DNA from: Takakia lepidozioides
Lineage: Eukaryota > Plantae > Bryophyta
Assembly: GCA_030704615.1 (NCBI GenBank)
Contig: CM060732.1
Location: forward strand, 6,572,001-6,636,000
Direction: 5' to 3'
Length of the DNA stretch: 64,000 bases
Shown here: piece after piece, positions 12,465-25,599 of the stretch
How positions within the stretch are numbered: the stretch's first letter is position 1
Layout: each line of letters begins with the position of its first letter
The notes under the pieces: generated by a model
Database searches by the model: none
What the model saw: the letters and a program-made list of their open reading frames with translations, nothing else
Told to the model about the DNA's origin: nothing
Program-made: the position numbers and the translations under genes

Positions 12465-14070
12465 TGCATGCTTAGCCCTGCTTAGCTAGCTCAGGAATCC
12501 GATTGCAAAAACTTGTGTTGTACAAATTTTGTTATAAATGAAATGGTTTCCAAATGTTGCGCCTCCTATTTTGTTTGGAATGGTGATGCATGGTATGGTT
12601 GGCTAGTGTGTAGAAAGCATGCTAGCTTACAAAAGTGGGAGAGGTAAATTGGATTAATCGTGTGTTTGCGCAGTGCCGAAATCGGGTAACTCCCATCCAA
12701 GGGGCAAGGAAACTTGCGCCTTCTTTGGGAGTTCACGTGCTAGTGCGCACCTGGCGCGTGCGCGTACTATAACTGTGCTACCGAGGGGGTTGCCTTGTAG
12801 TGCGGGCTAACGGGGAAGCTACGTGCTTCCGTTCACGTACTATAATCGTGTAGCCTCGGGATGAAGTCGTAGTGCGACTTCGGCGTGTTCCCGTACCTCA
12901 GGCCAGCATTCCAAGGCGGACCCAATTGTAGTGATTGGGGCACACAATTGGTTCAAGGTTATCTTCATAGTCAAAAAGGGTTCAAGGCGAACCCTTGCTC
13001 AAGGTGATGCCAAAAGCAACATCACGAGCGGTCGCAAGAAAATGTTGTTGCAGTAAGGCGATTCGATCCTCGGGGAGGATCGTTCCTTGGCCCTGAAGTG
13101 AGTCAAGAAGAGTGCACTGGGAGGAGCTTGAGAGGCTCCACCCTTGGCCGAGACTTGGAGGAAGTCGGCCGAACTAGCTAGTAGATAGTAGAGTCAAGTG
13201 GGGTTTTGGTTCTTAGCCATGGGATGCCATGGTGCGGAAACAAACTCCTTGATGTGGGACGCCACAACTTGGATGTTCGTTTCTACAAAATAGACAAGTC
13301 GATGAGGACATCGACTCCTTGTTGGTAGGGGTGTGTGTCGCGGCCCTTTGCCTTGAGGGCAGGGGGTCGGGACACGAGAGGGGCTGCCCCTGTGGTGGGG
13401 GCAGTGGCGACAATAGATGCGGGGGCTGAAGCACCCTTGAGTGCCCAAGGCATTCAAGGAGGCGGAGGCGCTCACTAGGTGGAGCCCCGCACACGGGTTG
13501 CGGTGGGGTGGTTCCACGAGGGGTGGTGGTAGCTTAGTGGGACGTAGTGGGGGTGCATATGACTCACCATGGGGCGGAGACTTGTGGTGGGAGTCGTGGG
13601 GAGTCTTTGGACTCATCATGGTCCAATGGGACCGTGGTGGGTGGGCCAAGACTCACCGCGACTCATCACCGGGAGTCGAGGGTTTTCGTGGTGGTTCACC
13701 ATAAAATGGCATGGTTGTGAAACCCCCACCGACAGTCACAGAAGTATATATAGAGAGTACCCCGAGAACGGTGCAAGCCCCGTTGGTGTCCAAAAACTAG
13801 TGAGTAAGCGACCAAGGAGTGAGGAGCTATTCCGGACTGCCATCCACCAAAGGGAATTTCCACTAGGCCCAAATTGGTGGAGGGTTTCTGGGAAGAGTAA
13901 ATGGAGACCGTTATGTCTCGGTGAGCAGCCGAAGCTCCGAGTTGGGCCGGCGGCCAGGTTGGGAGTTAGGCGCGCGCATCGAAGCGAGTAACTATGACTT
14001 GAAGGGGAGCTTACCGAAGTGAGGTGCGCGACAAACTGAGTCTAGGAAAGCTTGGGTAAAAACTTGTGCA
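12465..14070 (+). repeat. Putative 3' LTR of element 2 (end uncertain)
   Basis: Starts TGCATG after the PPT. Candidate end is ...CTTGTGCA at 14070. There is no second copy in the window to confirm it. Confidence 0.35.
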
Positions 14071-14606
14071 ATGATCGAGCAAAATGGAGACAACGCTGAA
14101 GCCATTCATGCAGCTTTCCGAGACTCCTGGGCTTACCAAGGCATTATCTGCTTCAGCCCTGTGCAAGACGAGTGTGTCTGGACTGACCTCCCCCAACGCC
14201 GTGGCGAGACCACCGTGCACCCCTCCACTCTTTCCCCAGAGTTTGAGCGTGAGATCAACTCGAAACATGTTAAGCCCTCTGCCACGGTCTCTAGGCCTTT
14301 AATTATAAATAGGGCTTTTCAGGCTTTAGAGAAGGTCAATGATAATAGTCCACATTAGTTTTATGTCCCTTCCATGCTGGTCTGTCTTATATAGGCCAAC
14401 TGGTTTATAGTGCCCTAGTAGGCTATTCAAATGGTCTGGTTCTTGGGAAATTTTCCCTTCTTTGTTTCGCTTGGTCCTCAATCCGAGGATGTTTGGTTTC
14501 TTATTACACTCGGTGTCTGTGCCTTATGGTGTAACCCGGGGTTTTAATTTTTTTTCCCCAAAGTAATCATTAATAAAACTAATCAGGGCTTCAACCCCCC
14601 TGTTCC

Positions 14607-14633
14607 AATAATAATAATAATAATAATAATAAT
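14607..14633. repeat. (AAT)n microsatellite
   Basis: About 9 AAT units. Confidence 0.9.
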
Positions 14634-16590
14634 ATCACACTTCTCTTTTTTCTTTTTTAAATTTCCATTTTACAAACTCGCCTAGATTACCCTACGTGTA
14701 AACGCGCCAAAACAGTGTCACACTTTGGCTGGTGCAGGGCAGTACACTATGTACACGAGATGCTCATTGACGCGTGCGAAAACACAAGTGGCGCCAAACC
14801 ACCGGATTCGGCAGCCAGGAAACCAGACTAGACGTGCAGCACCTAGACAGGCTAGGGCTACGTTAACATTTTAATAGATGAATAATGGTGAATGGAGCAT
14901 TCATCGATGGTATGTACCTACTACCTGGTACTGTCGGTGAGCATATCCAGGACACCGGCTGCGCTCGGTCAGGAAGCCGGTACATAGAAGCGCGGGTGGG
15001 AGCAGTCTGACCGGGAACTGGCAAGCGAGAGTTATTAGCGCACGTTGCTATAAATGGTAGCTTTGTAGCATAGATGCTCCTGACACTAATCCTAACCATC
15101 CACCCACTCTCATGATGACTATCGCCAGAGTTTCGCCATTCATCCACTGGCCGTACATGGATGACGCGGCTCATCCGCGTATTCCATTTATGGCAGATGG
15201 GTTATTAGTCGATTCAGACGTTCACATCCACGGACCGTGATCAGAGTTTAGCCATGCTCATCCAGTGGATGAATTATAGATTAATTCCGTATTTTACACG
15301 AGTGGCCCGCCCAAATTGATATTCTAGTTAATGAATGCCAGGACGAACGGTTGGTAAGCATTTTCATTGTGGATGAACATCCTGTCCTCATCTGAATGAA
15401 TAGCGGCAATAATATGGATGAGGAGATGGAAGATTCTGTTGCCACCGTCAGTCGTCGTCACTCTTGTGGGGGAGGAAGATGGCGAAGGTGGGTCCGAGGA
15501 AGCGCGGAGGCCAATGAGGAGGGCAGAGGGCATGTGCGGGAGCAGAGGGGAGCTGCTGTGAGCCATGCAAATGTGAGTGGATGTGGGGGGCCGGCTACCT
15601 TGGTTTTGCGGTCTTCGAAAAATAATAGTCTATGCTGCTGTTGTGTCTTTAACTGGACGTTAAAGAAACTTTATCCTTGATCTCTTCTCTTCTCGGGGCC
15701 GACACACATCAGTAGCTCACTCTTGTAGCATAGGATGCCTTGAAGGCAGTTGTCAGCGCCCTGATGGCACTCAATATCTCTACAGTAACCCGCTGTTGAC
15801 AGAGTCGTAGCCTGGCACCAAGTTATCTCTGGTCAGCATTGGTCTGCCAAACTATGTACAGTACATATTACTATTTGAGAGTGTCAGGAACTACAGATTA
15901 CGCCAATTCACCCCCCTGCCAAAAACAGAAACAGCGGTGGCCCTTCCTCCCCTTTCCCCCCAAAAAAAAACAGCGGTACTATAGGATTCAAACCCCTGGC
16001 CCTCGCCATGAAATAGTCTCGCATTACTATGTAGGCTGGGTGCGGGCCCTTGGCAACCCTCATCAATTATTTTTGGGGACCGCCAGAAGAAATGTGTTGC
16101 ATTAGACCATCCCCACCGGTGGCTCGGTATAAGGGTACATCAATTGCCTTCTATTGAGGCATGTGCAGAGCGCGCAAGAAGATGGGGTGCCTGCAGGTGG
16201 AGCCACAGCTGCACGGCAAATCTCACGCCAACCTCCCGCCTCAACCTCTCATTGGCCAGCGTCTCACGTGTGGGATGCTCGCTTGACTCCAGATACTCGC
16301 TTGACTCGTCTAACGTTGACTTGCGTGAGACATAACGGGGAGGAGGAGGAGGAGAGGGAGGTGCAGAGCTCCGCCGAAAAGCGAGGCCCAGCTCCCACGC
16401 CCGACCTGACACGGGCAGACGGCGCAAGCTCGCTGCCCATGCACCTTCACGAGTAAGTGGGCTTTCTTTGCTTGCCAGTAGGGTTTTTTTATGCATTGTG
16501 AGATTAGTAGGGCTTTGTGAGGTGAAGAAAACCATGCTTTGTTGCTTTATGCGAACTGCCTCATATCAGTACGCATGTGCAGTATGGGTT

Positions 16591-16953
16591 TGTCATGGTT
16601 TTTGTCATGGTTAACTAGAATTACCTACTTCTAGTTAACTAGGACATTTTAGATATTTATATTTATATTTTGTGTGTTGGGACTTCATTTGGTCTCACAT
16701 GCCAAGTGAGGTGTCAAGCCTCACTTCGGACATGGGGATGGGTTTTCCCCTTTGAGGGTTGAGGAGGGCTCATCTTCTTGTAGTTGAGCCTCCATGAGCC
16801 TCTCCCACCTCCATAGCTCTAGGTATTGAGAGGGAGTGTGGTGAGGGCTTTGTAGGGTGGATTCCTTTAGCAAAGGTGCCCTTGGCTTGACTTAATTTAT
16901 GTGATTTGAGTGGATTCATGAGTGAAGTGTTTCCATTGTGTGTTCACTTCCAT
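16591..16953 (+). repeat. Repeat A1 (363 bp), left terminus of element 3
   Basis: Near-identical to 27243-27605 (about 5 mismatches counted by eye). Confidence 0.95.
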
Positions 16954-18340
16954 ACTACAAGAAGATCTCCTTATGTTTGTGAGTGCGGAGTGTAAGGGTT
17001 AGTTTAGCACTTGTGTGTTAGAGAGAGCTTGGTAGAGAGCTCTTGTGTTGCAAGGTGTTGCAGGTGTTGCAAAGGAAAATCCTTGTGGCGTGGAGAACAT
17101 GGATGTTAGGGTTTGAGAAGCATTACTTTGCTCTATAGAGGTGGAGAGCTTGGAAAAGAGATCTTCCATCACAAGAGAAGCGTCTTGTGTATGGAGAAGA
17201 TAGACACTAGGGTTTCAAGAGCAAGTTCTAGTTGTTCATGGTGTGAAAGAGAAGCCAAAGAGCGGCACATGCTTGGGTTGGAAACACCATAGAAGGAGTA
17301 CAACAAGGGTAGCTTGAGGAGCATTGAGTAGCTCAAGAGAAGCTAAGAAGTGGTTGTTCTATCCATGGTGAAATGAAGCCAAATGGGGTTTCATTTGGTT
17401 AACAAACAAGCAAGCAAAGGCGGCGCTAGAAGGGAGTGTTTTTGCTAGTTCTATGAGTTATTGGATTGCTCTTGGTGAAGCAAGTGGTTGACCAAGCAAG
17501 TGGCGTATGTGTGGAGCATGCTTTCCAAGTGTGGCTTCCAATTCAAGCTTGAGGAGAGCTAGAAGGTGAAGTGAGCAAGTTCATTCCTTGTGTATGAGGT
17601 GGTGCATGTTGTGGAAGAAAAGCCAATGAGCTACATTGGCTAGAGCTTGAAGACAACAAAAGTAACTAGTTGGAGAGCATCAAGAAGCTCAAGATGACTC
17701 CAAAGGGAAGCATGTGGGTGAGAATTCTATCCATGATGATGTGAAACGAAGCCTAGAGTATTGAAGAGCTTGGAGCACATGTGGGAGATCATTGGAGGTG
17801 GTCTTCATGAAGAAAGGAGATTGTGGCTCAAGGCATACATAGCAACTTCAACCATACATTAGCATGTAACAAGACAAGGAAGGGGAAGGTGAAGCTCTTG
17901 TATTCATTTCCTTTTTGCTTAAATTTTGTGGTGGATGGTTGATCAAGCAAGTGATGCTTATGTGGAGCATGCTCTTTAAGGCTTGTGACTTCAAGTTTGA
18001 GAAGATGAGCCCTTGAATAGAGGTGTGGATACACATTATGGTGAATGAAGACAACACCTAGGTCAAGAGGTGGAAATGTGTGTGACTAGCCCATGCATGG
18101 GAAAGCACATGGAGATGGCATACAAAATTCAAATTGAAGCAAGACTTGGCACTTGTCATTGGGCACATTAGCTTGCTATGAGTTCCAATGAGATCAAGAG
18201 GAACTTGTCAATTTGGGATGAATGCATTGCAAGGTAAGATAATGCAATCTTGCATGCATGTTAGGGGGGAAGATACCATGAAGAAGGTGTTTCTTACTAT
18301 ACTCTATAAACCATAGTCTCCATACCCTTCAAGAAACTGT

Positions 18341-18503
18341 GCTCCCTCTGCCCAACATACACTTTTGTGAACAGAGATGGGCCCCCTCTGCCCAACATAC
18401 ACTTTTGTGAACAGTGTATGGGCCCCCTCTGCCCAACATACATTTTTGTGAACAGTGTATGGGCTCCCTCTGCCCCACCATACACTGTTTTAAATAGTGT
18501 ATG
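18341..18503 (+). repeat. ~41-bp tandem repeat x4 in the element-3 leader
   Basis: GGGCCCCCTCTGCCCAACATACACTTTTGTGAACAGTGTAT units with an internal CATACAC/GTGTATG stem. Confidence 0.85.
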
Positions 18504-19446
18504 GATACAAGTGGACAGACTTTGCCTGCCAAACGTTTTCATTAAAAGTGTATGACATCTAGGGTGTATCTGGAGGAGTATTGCCTTTGGAGGATCTTTG
18601 GGGGGTCCTTTGAGGAGCTATCGTAAGACACTTGAAGAGCTCTTGAAGGGGTGTTTGGAGGACTATTCGGAGGACTATTGGGGATCCTTGAAGACCAATA
18701 TTTGACAAACATTTGGAGGGCTATTTGGAGGACTACTTGGGGTCCTTAGAGGCCAATATTTGGCGAGCTTAAGGAGTCTTTGGCAACTTGTTTGAAGGAC
18801 TATTTGGGGTCCTTGAGGGCCAGGATTTGGCAGGCTCTTGGGGCCTTGGTGGACTATTTGGAGTCCAATTGTACAAGCTTTGGGGGCCTTAGTGAGATTG
18901 TTTGAGAGCCAGCTTGAGGGATCTTGGAGATTTTATTGAGAGACCCTGGAAGGTAGTCTTGTCTGTTGGTCATGAGCAAGAGGGTTAAGAAATAGGGGGA
19001 GACCAGTGGGATGAGAGCATTCTGGGATTAGGAATTTCTTTAGTCTCTCTTCCCCGTAGTCTTCCACCATCTCTGTAGGCCAAAACCTTTCCGTAGGTAT
19101 ATGCAAGAGTCAGTCCGGGTTTGGGCTGGGGTGTCCTTGCAGGAACGACACTGCGGAGTGTTTTTTTGGTGTGGGGGAGTTACTGTCTTGATTTTCTTGT
19201 TTTTGGATCCCCCCCACACCTGCATGCTTGACTGTGCGTCATGTCAGTTTTGTGTGGGCGCTTGTTTTCATAGGAGGTTGGTCCGGATTTGATCACTGGC
19301 CAATCCTAGAGTGTGCTGTCAGTGGTGAGGCTGGGGTGATGACCAGTCAGACCATCATTGTTTCTCTTATGGTGAGGCTGGGTTGATGACCAGCAGACCA
19401 TAAGAGTACTTGCGGTGGATGCAGGTGCAGGTGCAGGTGCAGGTTT

Positions 19447-22120
19447 ATGTTACGAACCTAGTACTAGTCTAAGCTATAGGCCGCAACAGGATCTCTATCC
19501 GGTTTCTTGTGGAGAGGGGGATTAGAGACAGATTTACAACAGGTGTGGTTATGAGTTTTCATCACGGAGGTGCCACCAGTTGCTGAGGGGAGTGCCGGTG
19601 CGAGCACCAGCGATACTAGTGGGTACACAAGACAAAGTGTGTGGTTTAGGCCACCTTCACCTTCAGTGTCTTCTGATGAAGGTTCAGACTCGGAGTTAGG
19701 AGGATTCTCGCCGAGGGTGCAAGCCATTTCCATACCATCGTTGTGGGACACGATGGAGGAGATGTATGGAGCTACCAAGGGGCCACGTAGGTACTCTGGA
19801 GTTGTGGGCACCATCGAGCTTGATGACTTCATACAAGAGTTTGATAGTTGGTGTAATTTGCAGCAAATACGCAATCCACAACTGTTTACGCTTTTTATGG
19901 CGTGGAAGGGGCTATTCCAGCACCTTGAAGGGCCGCCCATGGACGACTACCATGAATTTAGGCGGGGAAATGAGGTGGAGATTGAGGAGTGGCGACAATA
20001 TTGGTCACCTGACTATGTCTCCATCACCAGAGGCACAACAGCAAGATCCACGGCAACAACGGCAGCAGCTACATCAGCGGCTTCTGCAAGCAGCAGTGGA
20101 ACAAGTGAGTCAGGATCAGCTGGGACATCCACTGCAGCTCCTGCCGTTGCACCAACACTTGTGGCTGCTTTCAACCCGATTGTGGAGTTCTTCCGAGAGT
20201 TGAGAATGAACTACTAGGGGGTGAGAACAGAGAAGTTGCGGAGCTTGCAAGAGTTCCAGCGAAAGCCTACTGAGAGTTTGAGGGAGGCTTACACTCGCAT
20301 GAGGCGCTTGATAAATGTAACCCAAGGGGTTACGGAAGCTCAAGCAATTCAATTCTGGTATGGCATATTGGACAAGGAGCTGAGGAGAAGGGTGCGGGAT
20401 GCAACTCTCCTACAAGTGGCCCAACCCACCCTAGCAAATGTGTTTTTGCTAGCCGAGCGGATAGAGCTCAACATGGTGGAGGAGCGGGTGGTTATGGTGG
20501 GGTTTGGCAAGGAGACACAACGAAGTGGGGCTCCTAGCCAACAACAACCAACTCCCCAACGTGCTCAAGGCAACAAGGGGGCTCAGACAAAGCCCAGGGA
20601 AGGTCATGAGAGAGGATCTCAGATGCAAAGGTCTCTTCCTTCATTCTCAGGCCAGCAACAGACGAGTGTGTCATGTTGGGATTGTGGAGGACCTCATGTC
20701 AAGAAGGATTGCCCCGAGAGAGGCAAAGGGCCGACGCATGCACAACCTACACATTGTGGCAAGTACGGGCATGAGGAGGCCCATTGTTATGACCTGCATC
20801 CTGAGCTACGACCGGGCCAGTTCCAAGGGAACAATGGTGGCCGAGGACGAGGCAATGTAGTCCAGAGAGGTAGAGGAGGCAGAGGTCGTGGTGGAGGTCG
20901 TAACCAACACCAAGGAGCACAGGGTCAGGGTCAAGGTCATGACCAAGGCATGGTAGATAGAGTTGCCCAGCTAGAGCAACGTCTTGCTGCCATGGCCACT
21001 ACTCACGTTGCGCCAGTTCTAAGGCCTGAGGTTCAAGCTCCACCTGCACAACCTCCTATGCCTAGGGAAGACCAGATTGGTATGGGCTTCATGTGTGGAG
21101 CCGCACTTGCAAGACCATTGCATATGGACTCTGCAACTGCTGTTACTCGAGCAGCAACTCGTGCTCCTGAGCCAAGGGGAGCGGATGTGGATTTTGATCC
21201 ACAAAGAGAGGAAGCAAGTCGACAGACAAGGCTTCTCCAGTCTTTCACATTGGCCGAGACAGTGCCAACCACACCATCGATGGTGCCGGCTCGTCCAAGT
21301 GTGTCAGAGGTAGAGCCTGCAAGAGTGCCAATGGGGAGAGTTGGCATGGCTCAGGGGATGCCAGTGGATGATACTAAAAAACAAGGTGCAGCCAATACAT
21401 TATTGGGGGCGGCTACAAAGGTTTGCCAAGCTCCATTGTTTTCTGCAATGACCATTACAATGCCGGGGATTCGGCCAACTGCTGTGTTTAAACTAGCAGC
21501 TAGACTCTGTGAGAGTGGTGATGCATCGGCACTATCTGCAGGGATAGCAGATAAGGTGCAGTCTATGGATGCCTTAGATTCGAGGGTGAAGTCAGCCACA
21601 GTTGTGCCATGGCAAGCGGCAGCTATACGGTTGTAGGAGTTGCCAGCTAGGCCAGCCATTGAGCGCAACATGGTGACTCCTGGGGTAGTCCTGGTGGACA
21701 ATCAAGATAGAGTGTTTCAGTTGGGTGGCCCAACCAGGAGGAGGTATAGGCCACTGCGAGTCTTGTTGGACTCGGGAGCTCAACCATTGATGGTGGGGAG
21801 AGCGACAATTGCAGGCTTGGGCCTTACAGAGGCAGATTTGGAGCCTTGCCCTTTCCAGATTCAGACGTCTTTAGGTGGTTCAGAGAATGCGCGAGGGATC
21901 ACATGCCATGAGCTCTTCATTCGACTACGCTAGATCATCCTACGGATGGCTCGGTCATGAGAGCCAAAGCCATTGTTACGGACGCGATGTCATACGATGT
22001 GCTTGTTGGTGGGGTGGTGTTGTACCCCATGGGATTACTTTGGACTTTTGGGAGGAAACGACATCCTACAGGCCGGAGTGGCAGTCAGGGGATGGCCGAC
22101 GTGCACTGCTCCCACTGCAA
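19447..22120 (+). pseudogene. Gag and protease of element 3
   Basis: ORFs 19570..20217, 20221..21636 and 21640..21933 are in the same frame, separated by TAG stops. Gag QRKPTESLREAY, knuckles CWDCGGPHVKKDC and HCGKYGHEEAHC, RGG tract, protease RVLLDSGAQPL. The start ATG at ~19447 is inferred. Confidence 0.88.
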
Positions 22121-22475
22121 TTTATTAGGAATGTAACGGTGGATCATAGGAACATGATGCCCACATTGGCGGCATTCTCAGGGGTGGTGGCTTGGGGTGG
22201 TGAGCTTGGAGGGCAATAGCCATCAGGATGATAGGCCACCATCTGATGAGGACAAACAACTGGCATACAAGGCTGAGTTGCTTCATCATGTTGCTGTGCA
22301 TATTCCACTGTGGGGTACGGTTGGGAATTTGCAGCGAGTAGCAGATGAGTGTATGCACAAAGCATGGCAGGAGGCCTTTCCATTGATGAGTGAGGGGAGT
22401 TTAGTGACATCACTTGGACCTCCTCAATTAGCTCCTTTGGACACAGTGCCCATTACTTGGCAACCACCTAACTCA

Positions 22476-23390
22476 GGGATTTGTGTGCTAGACTTGTTTG
22501 AAGGCATAAGCACTGGGCTTGCAGGAGTGTTGCAAGCAGGGATTAAAGTACACAAGTACTTGTATGTGGAGAAGGATGAAATAGCTCGGGATATTTCGTT
22601 GCCTTGCTCACACACTAGTATCCTGAGTTGCTGCCTCTCTCAGCGATTCAAGGGTACCAAAAGGCCTTGCCAGCAGACATTACCTTGCTGGGGGCGGATG
22701 GTTTGGGCCAGCATGGTGCAATTGACTTGGTGATAGCTAGATGGTCTTGCCAAGGACACTCTCCCGCAGGTCATGGGAATGGCTTGCATGATGCAAGGTC
22801 GCATTTGTTTTGGGAGATGTTACGAGTGTTGCATGACTTGCAGGTGAGGCAAGTGCAACCTCCAGCTTACATCCTGGAGAATGTTCCTCTCATGGGGAAT
22901 TCTCGGGCCAGGGTTATGGCTAGTGTGCATCAGGTGCGGTCTTGGATTGGACCAGCTGTATTATTGGATACAGCTGCAGTGGGTTCACGGGCACATAGGC
23001 CTAGGTTGTGGTGGACCAATCTTGCACCACCAGAGTTGCTCAAGAGAGCCTATGATTCCATTCAACGGCCACCCAACTTCATGGTTGAGGGCATTTTGGA
23101 CCAAGGGAGGCAACCATAGAGAATGCAACATGATGATTGTCCACCTTTGGCGGTGGTCAATCGAGTGGGGCAACCACGTGCGGCCTTGCCTACACTCATG
23201 AGTTTTCCCTCGTCTCATGCTTTTTGAGACAATGGTCCAGGGTTGATTTGGGACAATGCGCTACAACAATTGGTGGAGCCTAGTGCGGATGAGCAAGAGC
23301 GGGCAATGGGGTTTGTCAGAGGCATCACGACGCCAGGTGTTGGGTCAGGCAATGGATCTCAATTGCTTGATATGGGTTATTGGCTTGTGC
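22476..23390 (+). pseudogene. C5-cytosine DNA methyltransferase domain (DNMT3-like) within pol
   Basis: Motifs in canonical order: I VLDLFEGISTG, II YVEKD, III DIT, IV DLVIARWSCQGHS (catalytic Cys), V DARSHLF, VI ENV, VIII AHRPRLWWTNL, IX EQERAMGF, X RRQVLGQAMDL. Frameshifts and stops are present. Confidence 0.92.
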
Positions 23391-23889
23391 ATAGCTGAGC
23401 AACGGAGATTACAGACAATGGTGGCTACTTCTGCACTCCCATTGGATAGTGCATCTTCCCTACCAACCGGGACGGTTGAGGCAGTGAGTGGGGGCGAACA
23501 CAGGATCATGGGGTGCAAACACCCATGGCAGATGTGGGATGAGATGCGAAAAAAAAAAAGTCATTGGATCTCTCAAGGAGCAATATGAGGAGTGGGGAGA
23601 GCCATACACGGAGGATCAGTTGGAGGCCAAGGTGGCCAAGGCTCTTGAAGAGGTCGAGGATGTTTCTTTTGTGGAGGATGTTCTCAAGGTGGTTATGGCG
23701 GAGCAAGTGGAGGCTACGCCACAGTCAGGGTGGGCGGATAAGGCCCAAGAAGTTGCTATCTAGTAGCCAAAGGATGTGTCTCCTACCTCCAAGCCTGGTG
23801 TACCCAAGGTTGCAGTCACTGAGGCAATTGGGATGTCGGACCTACAGTCACTGAAGGAGAGAGACGGAGGATCCAGCAATTTCTAAGGG

Positions 23890-25270
23890 CTTATAGAAAT
23901 TGCTTTGCTTTTGGTTTGAAAGATTTGGGGAGTTTGAAGGGCCAGGAGATTCGTATTGATTTGGCAAGTGACATGCCAATTTTTTGAAGGCCCTACAGAT
24001 ATAGTGACATGGAGAGGTCTTTGATCCAGTCGCGGACTATGGAGTTGTTCGAAGCTGGATTGGTGGAGTTGTCAGGCGGGGAATATGCCTCGGCAACGGT
24101 GATGCCAGCTAAGAAGGATATCTATGGCAATTGGACAGAAAGGAGGATGTGTGGGGACTACCGTCTTGTGAACCGTCAGACTAAGTCCGATAGATATGCC
24201 ATGCCAACTCCAGAGGAGATCTTTGATGCCACTGGGCATGCAAAGGTGTTTAGCACATTGGACTTGCGAACCGGTTACCACCAGTTGCCAATCAAAGAGG
24301 CTGACAAGCAAAAGACGGCATTCTGGGGATTGACCAACATGGGAAGGATTGCTTGTACCAATGGCGGTTTCTACCGTTTGGGTTAAAAAATGCTCATGCA
24401 GAGTTTCAGAGGGTCATGGATAGGATTCTTGTGGGGCTAGACTTCGCCTAGTGCTACATTGATGATATCATCATCTTTAGTGCCGGTTGAGGAGCATGAG
24501 AGACACCTTCAGGTGGTGTTTGAGCGCTTGAGAGCGCATGGGTTGAAATTGCACCCTGGGAAGTGCAAGTTCTTCCACAGCCAGATTGAGTATCTAGGCC
24601 ACATGATATACCCTGGAGGATTGGGTGTTCAACAGACAAAGGTGGAGGCCGTTGCACACATTCCACGCCCCATAGATGTAAGCAGAGCTCGTGCTTTCAT
24701 GGGGTTGGCAAACTACTATCGACAGTTTGTCAAGGGATTTAGTAGCATTGCAAAGGCTCTTACCAAGTTGACCAAGGTGGGTCAGGAGTGGCAGTGGGAG
24801 CAGGAGCAGGAGCAGGAGGAAGCCTTTGAGGAACTCAAGGCTCGATTGACTTCTGCGCCTATTCTGAGGCGGCCTATTCGGGGGCGGCCTTTCTAGCTAC
24901 ATACGGATTGGAGTATGTTGGGGATTGGAGCAGTGCTCATATAGGTGGATGATGAGGGAAAAGAGTTCATAGTGGCATATGCCAACCACTCAAACAATGA
25001 TGCTGAGGCAAAGTATAGCTTATATGAAGGAGAGTGTCTAGCTGCAGTATGGGTAGTAGCACATTTTAGATGCTACCTCTATGGCAATCTCTTCACCCTT
25101 GTCACGGATCACTAACCATTGAAGTGGTTGATGGAGTCAGACAAGCTTACAGGGAAGCTTGCACGGTGGGCACTTATGTTTCAAGAGTATGACTTCCAGG
25201 TGGTGCATCGAGCCGGTGTAATCAATTGGGATGCAGATGGGTTGAGTCATAATCCATGCACAAACGAACA
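23890..25270 (+). pseudogene. RT and RNase H of element 3
   Basis: RRMCGDYR, LDLRTGYHQL, PFGLKNA, YIDD, KLHPGKCKF; RNase H HTDWS...YEGECLAAVW...TDH...ADGLS. Confidence 0.95.
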
Positions 25271-25599
25271 TGATGATACTGGAGCTCGGTGGCATGGTGA
25301 GACGGATGAGGAGATGGTGCCAGGATGGCATGCATCTGCATTTTTGTGCATTCTAGCAATGGGAGCTCAAGCTGGTCCATCCATTGAGATTCGTCATGGA
25401 GATAGTGTTCATGACAATCCAGAGATCAATGAGGAGCTTGGTGGTGCTAAGGATATGCATGAAGATGCAGCAGTGTTGGCCTACCTTCGTACCGGAGAGA
25501 CAGCAGCCAGTGTGACTGCTAAGGAGAGAGATCGGATCCTACAATGGGCCAAGAGGTTCAACTGGGAGAGGACTCATCTGCTCCGAGTATGGGAGGATG

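Larger units (their letters stand above)
8166..14070 (+). mobile_element. Element 2: degenerate Ty3/gypsy chromovirus, 5' part missing at the element-1 junction
   Basis: gag (LEQYF...A.QWW), knuckle CFNCGESGHMAKKC, protease LLVDIGASHSF, RT YIDD, RNase H DAS, integrase, chromodomain, PPT. The right boundary is tentative. Confidence 0.9.

Noticed and set aside
12465-16535. ORFs of 60-150 aa in the LTR and intergenic DNA, and ORFs antisense to the pol genes
   Set aside because: No recognisable domains; these are shadow ORFs of GC-rich or coding sequence
22476-23390. Host DNMT3/DRM gene
   Set aside because: Intronless, lies within pol between protease and RT, and is decayed like the rest of the element
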